From contig NC_090340.1 in NCBI RefSeq assembly GCF_035084215.1, positions 3,038,001 through 3,102,000 on the forward strand: 64,000 bases of DNA, given 5' to 3'. Source of the stretch: Heptranchias perlo (Eukaryota). The notes beneath the pieces were generated by a model that had not been told where the DNA came from, ran no database searches, and saw nothing but the letters and a program-made list of their open reading frames with translations. The position numbers and the translations under genes are program-made. Below are positions 14,415 to 27,141 of this stretch, one piece after another (positions within the stretch are counted from its first letter, which is position 1; each line of letters opens with the position of its first letter).

Positions 14415-14726
14415 CCCCCGTTCCCCTAAAGATTGCCTCCACACCACTCGAAGGGCTTCATCTGGTTCTCTGAGACTTTATTGCAGATTTAATTTTTACC
14501 CGAAGGATTTTAACCTCAACTGGCATGAAAATGGCATTGCAATTTTGACAGGATTTAGAACTGAACAACAGGCATGGACAGAGGGACTGTATGAAGTTAT
14601 CAGCTCCTTAGATGTGGCACAACCAATCGAGCGGGCACAGTTTACACCTGTCAAGTATATCACCTAACCCCGGTCCTTACTTCGATGGGGCACCAGCAAA
14701 TGGCAACTACATGGTTACTAACGAAG
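14415..14726 (+). pseudogene. Ig-superfamily gene A: C1-set domain exon with three frameshifts
   Basis: Polypyrimidine tract ending ggcag| at 14414. Reconstructed peptide: APVPLKIASTPLEG/ASSGSLRLYCRFNFYPKDFNLNWHENG...GLYEVISSLDV.../GTVYTCQVYHLT/...PANGNYMVTNE-G|GTAAT. It carries the C1 hallmarks C-x3-FYP, W and YTCxVxH, and aligns with the gene B C1 exon. Confidence 0.85.
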
Positions 14727-15159
14727 GTAATATTATAGCAAACGTGTTACTTATATCAATTTCTGAGTTTCTTCCCCCGGTAATCGAGTTTCCATTGCTG
14801 TTAATGAATAAGAACACAACCATGTGGGAACTGCTTACTGCAGTTGTTTGCATATCATCCTGTCAACTGGAAAGTCTACTTTTACTCCAGTTCCCATCGA
14901 TATCTTTAGTACAAAAAAAACAGACAATGGCCGAATAAGTTTTCTCCCCTTCTTGCAAACTCTTGTCCCCTTCAACATTTTACCAATATATCTGGCTTTG
15001 AAGGATGGAATAGTTCCCAGAGATACAATGACCTGAAGGGTAATGGGTGGCATTTTAATCAGACTAACCTAATTGTTTTACAAAGACTATAACAATGGAC
15101 TTGGCAGTGGAACATAATTAGCGCAGGCAAGGAAGGAATCGTAGGATTATGTGAATGTT

Positions 15160-15430
15160 TGAAGTGGAAGTACAATTTCAAAATTTGAGGCTAATACAAA
15201 GTTTGGGGGATGACTTAATACCCAGGAGGACTGCGACAACATGGTGGAAGACATTAATAAGCTCGCAGAACGGGCGTGTAATTGGCAAATGAGTTTCAAT
15301 ATAGATATCTGTGAGCTATTACATTTTGGCAGGAAGAATAAAAATGCCACATACTGCTTGGATAAAAAGAGTCTAAATGGGGTAGAGGAGCAGAGGGATC
15401 TTGAGGTACACATACATAAAACGATCAACT
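15160..15430 (+). mobile_element. CR1 RT fragment, degraded
   Basis: ORF 15241..15432 contains WQMSFNIDICELLHFGRKN...QRDL. Confidence 0.8.
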
Positions 15431-15725
15431 GACCACAGATCTCCATATTAGATTTGTACCTTCCGAAACAGACCATTATTGTTGCCATACTTCAACTCCG
15501 CCTTTCTGCGCTGCTCAACATCAACCCATTCCATCCGTTTAGCCCGGGAACCTAATCCGCCATCTCCCAGGTGAGCGAACCCAAAGGGTATAGGCCGTGC
15601 AGCCAATCTGCGGTTATCTTTCACAAGCTGGTGGCTTCAAGCAATTTAGAATCTGTTCCCGCCCATAGTTCCACAAGTAGTGGCGTGGAAACTGGATCAA
15701 GGACAGTTGGTGCTAGAGCACACAT

Positions 15726-15800
15726 TTCTTAATTATTCAGTCTCGGGATCCGGGTTTTGTTGGCAAAGCTGATATTTATTGCCCATCCTAATAGTTGCAA
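15726..15800 (-). mobile_element. 3' tail fragment of the tRNA-headed LINE/SINE family
   Basis: TTTATTGCCCATCCTAAT matches the reverse complement of the 3' end at ~30410-30428. Confidence 0.55.
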
Positions 15801-16016
15801 ATCAATATCCACTTATATGATAGTGTCACCAGAGAGCTCTAACAATAAGACCCATCCTTTGTCTGCGTTGCATACTGTGATCTGGCACATGCGCACATGT
15901 GCGTTCCTTCCAGATTCCAAATGATAAGGATTCTGGTGGGTGCAGGTCAATTATAGACCAACAAGCTATTTAATTTCAGGTTACATACATGAATCTAAAG
16001 ATTCTATTTATCACAG

Positions 16017-16192
16017 GGAGATTGACCAAGGTTCTATCACTACTCCGATATTATGAAATGTTGAACCATTATATGGCCCAACGGTCTAGAATTACCTTTC
16101 ATAGACGCAACGCGGAACTTAGAACCGAAAATGTGTACATTCTCATCCTCATTCTTGGCGTTACGCTTCATATTACTGCCAATCTCATTTGA
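16017..16192 (+). pseudogene. Candidate stalk/transmembrane exon of gene A
   Basis: Acceptor tttatcacag| at 16016, phase 1, compatible with the C1 donor. Reads GRLTKV...TENVYILILILGVTLHITANLI* with a hydrophobic C-terminal run. The 3' boundary is not defined. Confidence 0.4.
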
Positions 16193-16304
16193 ATGCGCTC
16201 GACCGTAAAGTGGGAGGAAATCATCATAAACAATCGGGGCCCAAGGAAAACACCGAGCTGACACGTATGAAAGTTAAGGTTTCAACTCATTCAACCAACA
16301 ACAA

Positions 16305-16376
16305 TCCTTCATTGTACGTAAATGCTTTGGGACGTCCCGCGGTCCTGAAAGGCGCTATACAAATACAAGTTATTTC
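16305..16376 (+). mobile_element. L2/DeuSINE-type 3' tail fragment
   Basis: GCTTTGGGACGTCC...GAAAGGCGCTATACAAATACAAG, an L2-type 3' terminus. Confidence 0.6.
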
Positions 16377-16944
16377 AGTCTCCTTTATTGATGAACATTA
16401 AGAAGTGTGTTTAAGCACCGGCAATCGGGGAAACTTAGCAATTTTTAATGTGACTTCTATTTATGCTACAAAATGCCGGTCGCAATAAGCATACATGAAA
16501 TAAAAAGCTCTGAAAATTGCAATAAAACACCAGAAAAATGATTGTTTCCCGCTGCGCCTCAAAAACTGATAGCGATTGTAAAAGCGCCCCTGGGCAAGCG
16601 TAATTGCAGGAACCTTGCGTATCAGTCTCAGTCAACTGGAATTGGAGCCATAATTATGGTCGGAGATATCTTCAGTGGGAGGTATCGAAAGACAGCCGTA
16701 AAAGATTGAGGAGATGTTGGAGTATTGTAGTTTGACACATTACTCACTTTTGCTCAAAATTCTGCGATCTTTTGAGCTCCTAATTGGTTCGCGATCAGGC
16801 TACGCATGTCTGTAGGCATCAAATACAGAGGCAATTCAAGCTGTCAACTGTAGCTTCGACAGAAACCTGTAACAAATAGCGTAAACGGCCTTTACGCGAA
16901 TCTTCCACGCAAATTACGCCAATTTTTGTACTGCGTTCATTACT

Positions 16945-17372
16945 CCGCTGTGGTACTTGTATCATGAGTCAGAAGGTCGTGCATTAAAGCACCTCTGCAG
17001 AAGCTGATCCTAAAATGTAAGCTGATGCTCACGTACATTGTCCCAGGTACCGTGGTTCGGATGAGACGAAAGACGAATGCTCCCTACTCTTGATCAAATG
17101 CACATAGAAGATACCACGACAAGATTATAAAAAGAGCAGGCGAGTTCTCCTAATTTGCTGGGCCTACTCTGATACTTCAGCCAACAGCAACAACACAGAT
17201 TAGCGGTAATTTATGTCATTGTTATTTGCGCGACCATGTTGTGCACACATTTGATGCCATATTTCCCTATATAGAAATAGTATCTATGTTATAGAAATAC
17301 TTCATTTGCTATGAAACGCTTCGGGATATCCAGAGTATGTCGACGCCTGTATGTAAATGCATTTTCTTCTTC
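16945..17372 (+). mobile_element. DeuSINE-like SINE (tRNA head, Deu-type core, L2-type tail), degraded
   Basis: GAGTCAGAAGGTCGTG head; core GGATGAGACG...GAGCAGGCGAGTTCTCC...CACAGATTA...TCATTG...TGTGCACA; tail GAAACGCTTCGGGAT...TGTAAATGCA. Recognised from memory of the family, not by search. Confidence 0.6.
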
Positions 17373-18569
17373 ATCTGCCGCTCTACACTTCGCTGCGCCG
17401 AAGATTAACTTGTAGAGGTGCCAATCGAAACGATCACCTTCCCCTTGTTTTGGGGGGCATATTTATATAACAGATTATCTATGTAAGAACGTATTGATTT
17501 GTTTGTTTTATTGATTCCTTAATGTTTCGATTTAACTGTCATATGGGAGGGACTACATTTATTTGTCCAGTTGTTGCACCCTACAACCTATTGATTTGGG
17601 TGCCTCAATCTATTGATTTATATTTTAACCACGAACAAGGCAACGCGTAATCTATTAGTTTTATTAATATTTATGAAATAATTTCACACCAAACTGCAAC
17701 TTGAATGATTGAATATAAAACATTCTACATTCTGAATGTATCACATTCAATGAAGGAGGGTGTAATTTATCTGAATAACAGAAATCGATAAATTCGCAAT
17801 ATGCGTAAAACCTATGTTCTTGGAAACTCAATCGTTGCCGAGGGTCGGCGCTAACTTGCAAAATATTAAAAATTGAAGTTCATTCGTTTCTCAGCTGTTT
17901 ACCATTTCCTAATCCAGTGGCTCGCGGTTATTAATCCCTGGCGAGCGTTATATCGCAGAAAGAAACAATAAACGTCATTAACTTCTACAGAACTAATAAT
18001 AATGTCAATGCGACTATGCTGCCTGAATTGGCTATTAGATGTAAAAACTTCATGACTTTTGAAACTCCAGAAAAAAGTAACTTAATGAATGCTAGACATT
18101 GACTTTCTAGAAAGAACGAGTGTCAGCTGAGGAGAAGCTGACATACGTTGCTCTGGATCTGATCGGCTATCAGAAAACTGTCAAATCAGAACAGCAGGAA
18201 GAGCGAACAGTGTGTGCAGAGGTACAGGTGGGTTCACACGGGGTAATAATAATCATGCAAATGAGAATAAATTTGGTTTTGAGATGATTCTGAGAATTAA
18301 TTTGACTTAATTTTCAATTCGTTTTTTGAAGAAAAATTACAATACTATTCTCAATGTTTGTTTTACAGACCAAACAGATCGCCGCTGATAGCGAACTGAG
18401 TACGCTACTTTAAATTTGACTGGTTCCAAGAAAAAAATCGAAATCTCAACAGAAAGAAACAAGTCTAGTATACAGAGCGGTGAAGACCAGCATCTAATTG
18501 AGGCAAACATGCATGCATTGAAAAGATTCGAGGGATGTTTCAGTAACAGATGCATTTACGTTGCTTGTG

Positions 18570-19225
18570 CATTTTACACAGCTATTGGCCTATCTCCAGC
18601 CTTCCCTTCTTTTCCAAAGTCCTGGAACGCGTTGTTGCCTCCCACCATTCTTTATTGTGCACTCTCCATTCCGACTTCTAACTCACACTTCGTGAGTCAA
18701 TCAACATCACAACTGGCTTCTTTGTAACTGTCAACACAGTTCCCATCCTATTTGCCCTCTCCATCAAGTGTACCGTGAACCATTCCATTATTCTCCAATA
18801 TTTCTGTCTACATTCCGTCCGATTCCGTGATATATTTCCTCGTGATTCCGCTTGAACCGTGAAACAAGGGCATCAATTTATATCCATTTAACTATTTCTC
18901 TTTCTGCTGTTATCGCGCGTTTTTCTTTGGGATGCCGAATACTGCACCAGCTGTTCACGAGTTATTTGTTTGTTTACTGTCTTTAATTTCTTAATGGTTC
19001 ATTCTATTTCCTGACAGATGAATTGTTATTTTACCCTATTATCTTGCCACCTGTAGTTCCTCTCTTTATTTACCCCCCCCTACACACTCATTCCCCCTTT
19101 ACCGGCTTATATTAAAATGATTCATTTTTGATTTTTGTTTTCAGAAGTGGAACCAAGTCCCAAGTTTGGACGTGTCTTGTCCTCTCCACAGTTGCTCGCT
19201 GGTTCATCTGTTTCTTGTTTTTGTT
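18570..19225 (+). mobile_element. Penelope-like element remnant (tentative)
   Basis: C/T-rich degraded sequence ending ...CTCTCCACAGTTGCTCGCTG...TGTTTCTTGTTTTTG, resembling the terminus at 59750-59880. Confidence 0.35.
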
Positions 19226-19639
19226 GTATGACTTAAGTTCAAAATTATAAGTTTTCTTTTACAGTTGTTATTATTATTATTATTTTACTTCCAATAAATT
19301 CTCGCCCTCAGCCCACACAACCACGGTTTAGTCCAGTGTTCAATCCATAACCCCCATGTGTTAATCATTGATATGCGATCTCAATGCAGTATGATCCAGC
19401 GGGACAGAATCAGGCTTTAGATCGACATTAGATAGCCAGGTTACTTTTTGACTAAGTATATTGCTCCGTAGACTATTGTTCCCATCTCCAAAATGCAGGT
19501 CCTAATGAGTCAATAGTTTCTTCGTTTAAGGTCAACCAAACAATAGTTGCTCTTGCATTGCTTGTGTCCCCCAACCACCGGGTTTCCGGTTTACAAAACA
19601 CATCATCTGGAAATCCTCAGCTTATGGGTTTAATGACAT

Positions 19640-20312
19640 CTAAGCTAAGTACTGCCCTCACATCCAATTTGCTACCAAGACCACTCATGTGCATACCCTG
19701 AACATCTTCCTCCTCCATTCACCACCCTATCTGAGCTCCCACTAGAGTGCCCTCCTTTACTGGTGACTCTCACACACCTTAGCCCTACCCTGAAATGCCT
19801 ATCACATATTGCAGTTCACTTTCGCTGACCATCTCCATCGGTATTTCTGCCGTCACACTCCATCAATCTCAACATGTTCAGAACATTGGAATTCGGATTC
19901 TCACAGAGAGAATGTTCGTATTCGCGAAATTCCATCATTTCCAAGATCCTCGTCCTCTTCGATAAATCCTTCCCTGGTCTCGCTTCACTCGACTTCAGTG
20001 ATCTGCTCCAATCTTACATCCCACAAGCAACCTCGGCTCCTCCGACATCAGGTTAATCCTTGCCTCCTCCTCTGATCCACCACTGGAGGTCGCAGTTTTA
20101 GCCACTGCGTGTCTTCCCTTCGGAATTCACTTTCTGAATCTACCTGGCTTATTGTTTCCCTCCCTGCTCTAAAATCTTCCAAAACCGAATCATTGGCCTG
20201 TACCTTCGTCCCTCCTCAAACTTATCTAGTTTTTTTTCAGCCGGCTAAGCCAACATGTCGTTATTTGCTTTAGATAAAACGTTCCGAACGTGCTATACAT
20301 ATGCAAGTTGTT
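19640..20312 (+). mobile_element. L2 LINE 3' fragment, degraded
   Basis: C/T-rich L2-like composition with an L2-type end (...GCTATACATATGCAAGTTG). Confidence 0.5.
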
Positions 20313-20827
20313 TCTTTAACTATGTTCGCTGCCGGTATGCTCGAATAACTTACGAGCAACATTTATTTTTTGAGTTATGATGAATTATATTTTCAGACAT
20401 TACACTGTTTAGCGTTTCATAGCCGTCAGCAAAGATTTTTCTGGTCTTACTCATTTGATTGGTGAGAACTGTGCCACAAAAGACGTAAGAAATGCATTTC
20501 CCGTGAATATTCTGAGTATCAGAAATGAAAAGTTATTCTTGAGGGAAGTGCAGACGAAATTTAGGGGACTGAAATAATTCGGTTTTCATTTGAAGTCAAC
20601 ATGTTCAAACACGTCGAAGCAATATCTTATATGCATATAGTGGTGGATACTTTGCCGTGGTGGTGTCTGAGTATTTTGGTGGCCAATTAAAATGTAATTC
20701 ACATGACGCAATCACGGATATTGCTTATTGAAACGCAGTTTAATTGGTCCGCCCTCGATTGTACAGGAAAACACATCAATCCATTATATAAAAGTTCTCT
20801 AATGATATCTTTGACTTTTGCTTGAAG

Positions 20828-22162
20828 TTATGTTTGGGCCTTCATGGCAGTAGCACAAACGCAAAGAATTGAGGTGAGTGATTATGTTTTTTTTTAATAC
20901 TTACAAATTTATTTTTAACATTCATTTAACTCCTAGCCTTCACTGACCCCTTGTGGCTTGAATTTCCAGTGCACGGCAGTATGAAGGGAACTGCAGCCAA
21001 TTTACCGCCTCCACATCCCCTCAGAGGATGGAGAGAAAAAGTCCTAGTGTCCAGAATGAACAAAGTAAGTTCCGCACTAACCAAAACAAAAATGTACATG
21101 CACATCAAAGCTTATATTCAACTATATATAATATATATATATATATTCCCACTTCCAGCAATTTTCCATTCCAAACGACACCAGCACTATTGAAACTAGA
21201 ACTAGGGGGCATAATCTTAGAATAAGGGGCTGCTCTTTCAAAACTGAGATGAGGAGAAACTTCTTCACTCAGAGGGTGGTAGGTCTGTGGAATTTGCTGC
21301 CCCAGGAAGCTGTGGAAGCTACATCATTAGATAAATTTAAAACAGAAATAGACAGTTTCCAAGAAGTAAATGGAATTAGGGGTTATGGGGAGCGGGCAGG
21401 AAATTGGACATGAAGCTGAGTTAGGATCGGTCAATGCCCTGTGGGTGGCGGAGAGGGCCCAGGGGCTATGTGGCCGGGTCCTGCTCCGACTTCTTGTGTT
21501 CTTTAGATTTGTGGTTGGGATCAGATCAGCCATGATCTTATTGAATGGCGGAGCAGGCTCGAGGGGCCGATTGGCCTACTCCTGCTCCAATTTCTTATGT
21601 TCTTATGTTCTTCTGTTTATACCTTCTCCTCCAGCAGCTTTCTTTCCTGCTGCAACATTTCCTTTCAACGACGTGCAGCTTCATTTTTCTGATAAGCCTC
21701 ATGTGTGATTTATTATACAATATGCTCTGAGAATTGACAAAAAACGAAGGGGTAAAGATTGCTCCTTTGCAATACAGCGGCATGCTCCTTATGGATGCAC
21801 ATTAGGACCCACAAAAAGTACCACGTACAGACCAGGCAGGTGGCAATCAATTGGGAATAATGGACGAGTCACTGGCAAGCGGTGCACGACTCCCCCGTCC
21901 CTGTAGAATGATCGTAAAAATGTTCGCATAGCCTCATTGCGTACGAAAGTGCATGTAGGGTCTGATATCAAAAGTTAAGTATTGGCTCTGTGGAGGTTAT
22001 TTCCTATTAAGCATCTCTCGCATTGGTTCAATCGTTTTATTTTTCCAGAAGAAATAAGTGGAACCATTATATTAATCAATTATATGTCTCAGTGCTACAG
22101 CTCAAGTTCAGAAAGCCAGTCATTTTTTGAATGAAATGCCTTGGTTAACATCAATTAATAAA
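20828..22162 (+). pseudogene. Candidate cytoplasmic/terminal exons of gene A (20828-20873, 20937-21064, 22049-~22180)
   Basis: Splice-like signals: cttgaag|...GAG|GTGAGT; ctcctag|...CAAA|GTAAGT; tttttccag|. The last two segments chain in phase into AFTDPLW...RMNK/RNKWNHYINQLYVSVLQLKFRKPVIF* (TGA at 22128), with AATAAA at 22157. No homology support. Confidence 0.3.
21190..21612 (+). mobile_element. CR1 3' end fragment (same young subfamily as the 4827 and 10256 copies)
   Basis: Near-identical to the reverse complement of 10256-10676; ends (TTCTTATG)n. Confidence 0.95.
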
Positions 22163-22854
22163 GGAATCATCAGGCCCAGTTTCCCAACCATATATTAATC
22201 TGCACTTTTAAGAAATTTTGAAAATTCCCAAAGTAATTCTCACATTTGTACTCTTTGTGATGGAATCCAATCACTAACTTTAACAGATAAACCCGCAATA
22301 CGAATTTCATGTCTCAAAACTCTGCCTGGTTACTCATCCTTGCATTAAGCAGTAGAGTTTCAGCTTCGGCGTCATGCAACTAAATTATGTTAAACACGTA
22401 CCATTCTGCATCACTTTTAAAACAGTTTCTCAGTTATTCTGTATTTTTCAGAACAAGGTCAAATAATTATTCTCCATTCGATTACGGGATTCATTGCCAT
22501 ACATATATTAAACGTTAATTAACGGATTCAAAATCAGATTATTTTTTCATTAAACTCATTTCACAGTAAGCCGAATATGAAAAAGAGCTACAAATAGATT
22601 ACATTTTGCGAAGGGTTCCATATCATTAATGGAGCATAAAGTGGGTGAAAGGAATCCAGTTTTCCAACAGATATTGCCAAGCAACCTAAAGAATCCGGCA
22701 GATTTCACGGAGTTATATTGAAATCAATTACACCTGAAGCAATTTAGACAATTATTAAAGGTCATTGCACTGATGCCAGTATAGAACCATCCAAAAAAGA
22801 TGGCTGTCCAAGGCCACTGGAGGTTGCAGTTTACAGAAGTAAATCTCAATGATT

Positions 22855-23612
22855 TTATAGTGGAATTGTGAGGTAATCCATTTCCCCCTAGTATATATAG
22901 ATTAGAGTATTTTCTAAATGGTGGGAAGCTAAGAACGGAGGAGGAGCAGAGAGATTTAGTGGTCCATTTATGAAATCACTTAAAACTAGTGGATTGGTAC
23001 ATAACATAATCGAAGAGGCTAATGGAATAATAGGCTTTATCTCAAGTAGGCTGCAATACAAAGGGTTGGAAATGATGCTGCAGGTGTATATAGCTCTGGT
23101 TAGATTGCATCTGGAGAATTGCGTTCAGTTCTGGACACCACACCTCAGGAAGGTGTGCAGCATAGATTCACCAGAATGATTCTGGGATTAAAAGGGTTGA
23201 ATACTGAGGACAGGTTGCATAGACTAAGCTTTAGAGTATATTGCGTAGAGATGATTAAGGGGTGATCCAATTAAGGTAGTTAATATGATTGAGAAAAACT
23301 ATTTCCATGGTGAGGTGACCAGGTCAAGGGGACTTAACCTTAAAATTAGAGCTCGGCCGTTCAGGAGTGAGGTGCGGAAGCTTTTCTTCACACAAATGGT
23401 ACTGGGAGTCTGGAACTCTCTCGCCAAGAATACTGTTGAGATTAGGTCAATTGAAAATTCCAAAACTGAGATTGATAGATTATTGTGAGGTAGGGGTATT
23501 AAGTGATATGGAAGCAAAGCGCGTAAATGTAGTTAAGATAAAAATCTCCATGATTTAATTGAATCCTAGAAGAGGCTCGGCGGGCTGAATCGCCGACATA
23601 TGTTCCTATCTT
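22855..23612 (+). mobile_element. CR1 3' fragment, degraded
   Basis: ORFs 22970 (LVRLHLENCVQFWTPHLRK) and 23285 (RKLFFTQMVLGVWNSL). Confidence 0.85.
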
Positions 23613-23929
23613 CCTTTCTTCCCATAATAACATTTTAGCAACATTTAAGACTATATTAAACTGTTGTGTTTAGTTGTTTTGCGACTTTTGCTATTACAAA
23701 GTATTTTGGAAGAGACTTTATACCAAGGGTTCGGGCACTGCCATTTGTGGTTGCTTCACGAATTAGAGATAATAGGTTTTCCAATGCTAATTAAAGTTCG
23801 CTTAAGTTCTCCGGAGGGTAGCCAGGCATATGTAGCTGCACTTGAGGCAGCTTCCAATCATCTGCCAACACTTTCCCTCGCACATTTTCAGAAAATATCC
23901 GCATATGTGGGAATGAGAATGCAAAGCTA

Positions 23930-24270
23930 GCGAGACAACGACAAAAACTTGCAAAGATATAGCATCATTAACGTAGAAAAAAGGTCCTAATACGTAATCA
24001 GTCAGAAATCGTCACTGAAACAATGGCGCTATTAGGAGGGGTATGGAAAATCTTGGTTAAAGAACTGGGCTTTAAAGGTGGTTTTAAAGGAGTAGAGGAA
24101 GGTGGTCAGCCGGTGAAGTATTGGGAGGTAATTTCAGCGTGGCAGGGGTCCACGGCTGGGGAAGGTGACAGAGGTAGTGACGGGCGAGCCAGTGAAGGGA
24201 TTTGAACACCACGGCTAGAATTTTAAAGTGGAGGTGCTGGGAGATTAAACGACAAAGTAGGTCAGTGAGT
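23930..24270 (-). mobile_element. L2 3' fragment, degraded
   Basis: ACAACGACAAAAACTTGCA...ATAGC start (reverse complement of an L2 tail), followed by purine-rich L2-like sequence. Confidence 0.45.
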
Positions 24271-25817
24271 TAAATAAGTATCACTTCCGTTCCTCCGATC
24301 GAGATGAGCCTCCAGAAGACATCGTCTCGGAGTTGGTGATGGGTTCAGATTCCGGCAGATATCGGACAGTATGGCCCAATAAACATTTTGATTCTTCATT
24401 TTGTTCCAGTATCTTTAAAACCTAATTCTTTACCACCTGATTTCATTTTCAAGACGGTACATTCCTACAGAGACTTTAAGTAAAGAATCTGAGCAGACTA
24501 CTCCGGCTGAATATTGTTCTACTATCATCTTTACGTTCCTGTATATCTTATATGCATATCTGTTTAACCTTCTGTTGTGTCCTTTAGCTTGGATTTTGAG
24601 TCAGATATTTTCCTGAATTACAGTGTTTCTGACTTTGCAACTCCTGTATCGCCAAGAATTGATCTTGAATCATAACAGACTTAATTTTCTTCTTACTTGT
24701 CTTTCGGTGCCTGAGAAAGCCCTCCAGACACTCAGTGACGGGATCGGCCATATGTTACGATCCCTGGAGTTGTTCGCCTCGCAGGACGGATTCATTATTT
24801 TGAGCTAAACAATTATCGACATGTTCAATTATCTTATCCATTTCTCCCAACTTTAATAACTTATGATTAAGCTTCTGCCTGCCAGGTTTGGGAACTTTCG
24901 AGATGACTCTTTTATTAATTTGGCCGAGAGTCCCATGTTAGCATCGTAAATACTTTATTAGGAAATAAAAAGAATCAATCATGGTAAGTAAGTGAATTAT
25001 ATACATTTGTATACTTACACGTAGACAACCTGTTGTATGAACCTAATATGCCCTGAGTTTGCAGTAAAAGTTGCCCGCATTCCACTAGAATGCACGAACT
25101 ATTATACCTACGATTAAAAGAACGTTATTACTCTATATAACAAATAATACTAAAACATTGTAAATTATTCTGTGTCATGTTGATTCCTTAAAATGATACT
25201 TTGTTAGTTCTTAATTACGTTTGCATTGGGTTAACTATAAGCTTTCACAGCTCCCTGGACTTCTGCTTCCTAAGTTACGTATGCTGCCTGACTGGACTTC
25301 TGAAGGATATATCCTCCTATATCAGCAGAATTACGTTATGTGCCCGTGTCCAGCTGCATGTATTGATTTAGGCAAACTTAATTCACCCATGATGCCTAAT
25401 TTTAACCATTTACTACGACAGTCGGCTCGCCAAATTTGTATATATTCCTTGTGGGGCCTATCAAACCATGACACCAAGCTAAGCTAGCAACTACCAGACT
25501 AAATCTGAAGCACCAATCGAAGCACTTTATACAGTCATTGTTCTCTGTATACACTCTATCAATTTGCGAAGTTGCATAATATACTCTTCTTGAGGGTGAA
25601 TCTTCCAGGGCCTCAGTAATGTGCATAAAAAATCCGATTAGAAAATCGAGACTGAAGTGAGTCGTGCATTGCAGCGAATCGTCGAAGGATGGATCTCCAG
25701 AAATTCAAAACATTGTTTCTTAAACTTGTGCAGTGAAAGCAAGGACCAAGAATTCGAACGGTGTTACAACAAAAAGACAACTCGGAAGGAAGCATCAGGC
25801 TTATATAGAACTGTCAT

Positions 25818-26981
25818 CGATAAAGTCCCTCACAGGAGACTGGTCAAGAAGGTACGAGCCCATGGAATCCAGGGTGCCTTGGCACTTTGGATACAAAACT
25901 GGCTTAGTGGCAGAAGGCAGAGGGTGATGGTCGAAGGTTGTTTTTGTGACTGGAAGCCTGTGGCCAGTGGGGTACCACAGGGATCGGTGCTGGGTCCCTT
26001 GCTGTTTGTGGTCTACATTAACGACTTGGATATGAATGTAAAAGGTATGATCAGTAAGTTCGCTGATGATACAAAGATTGGTAGGGTGGTAAATAGCGAG
26101 GAGGATAGCCTCAGTCTGCAGGACGATATAGATGGGTTGGTCAGATGGGCGGAACAGTGGCAAATGGAATTTAACCCGGAAAAGTGCGAGGTGATGCACT
26201 TTGGAGGGACTAACAAGGCAAGGGAATACACAATGAATGGGAGGACCCGAGGCAAGACAGAGGGTCAGAGGGATCTTGGTGTGCAAGTTCACAGATCCCT
26301 GAAGGCGGCGGAACAGGTAGATAAGGTGGTAAAGAAGGCATATGGGATACTTGCCTTTATTAGCCGAGGCATAGAATATAAGAGCAAGGAGGTTATGATG
26401 GAGCTGTATAAAACACTGGTTAGGCCACAGCTGGAGTACTGTGTGCAGTTCTGGTCGCCGCACTACAGGAAGGATGTGATCGCTTTGGAGAGGGTGCAGA
26501 GGAGATTCACCAGGATGTTACCAGGGCTGGAGCGCTTCAGCTATGAAGAGAGAATGGGAAGATTGGGTTTGTTTTCCTTGGAGCAGAGGAGGCTGAGGGG
26601 GGACATGATTGAGGTGTACAAAATTATGAGGGGCACAGATAGGATGGATACTAAGGAGCTTTTTCCCTTCGTTGAGGGTTCTATAACAAGGGGGCATAGA
26701 TTCAAGGTAAAAGGCGGGAGGTTTAGAGGGGATTTGAGAAAGAACTTTTTCACCCAGAGGGTGGTTGGAGTCTGGAACTCACTGCCTGAAAGGGTTGTGG
26801 AGGCAGGAACCCTCACAACATTCAAGAAGCATTTGGATGAGCACTTGAAATGCCATAGCATACAAGGCTACGGACCAAATGCTGGAATATGGGATTCGAG
26901 CAGACAGGGCTGATGGCCGGCGCGGACACGATGGGCCGAAGGGCCTCTATCCGTGCTGTATAACTCTATGACTCTATGACT
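25818..26981 (+). mobile_element. CR1 LINE (second subfamily), 5'-truncated, open RT C-terminal half
   Basis: DKVPH...GVPQGSVLGP...FADD...LEYCVQFW...FFTQRVV to stop 26913; (CTATGACT)n tail. The ORF segment 25657-25817 is read-in from flanking DNA. Confidence 0.95.
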
Positions 26982-27141
26982 GTACGTTGGAGGACTTTCT
27001 GGCAGGAATATTTCTTTGTAAAAGTCCTTCATGAAAACCTAGAATGATTAGTTGTCGACGAACGTCTCTCGTTTTTGGAAGCATCAGCTGAAGCATAACG
27101 GCTTTGCAGATCTTTCAGTGGCCCAATCCACTGCATTCTAC

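Noticed and set aside
20680-20873. Apparent Pol II promoter (CCAAT, GC box, TATATAAAA) and leader exon for gene B
   Set aside because: The hydrophobic frame has a TGA and ends in phase 0, incompatible with the phase-1 V acceptor. The GC-box segment resembles a repeat also seen at ~41930.
25657-25817. Novel N-terminal domain on a 418-aa RT ORF
   Set aside because: Chance read-in from flanking DNA upstream of a 5'-truncated CR1 (TTG start).
25801-26463. Long antisense ORFs over LINEs (also 29490-30377, 13719-14162 and others)
   Set aside because: Shadow ORFs of LINE coding sequence with no independent motifs.
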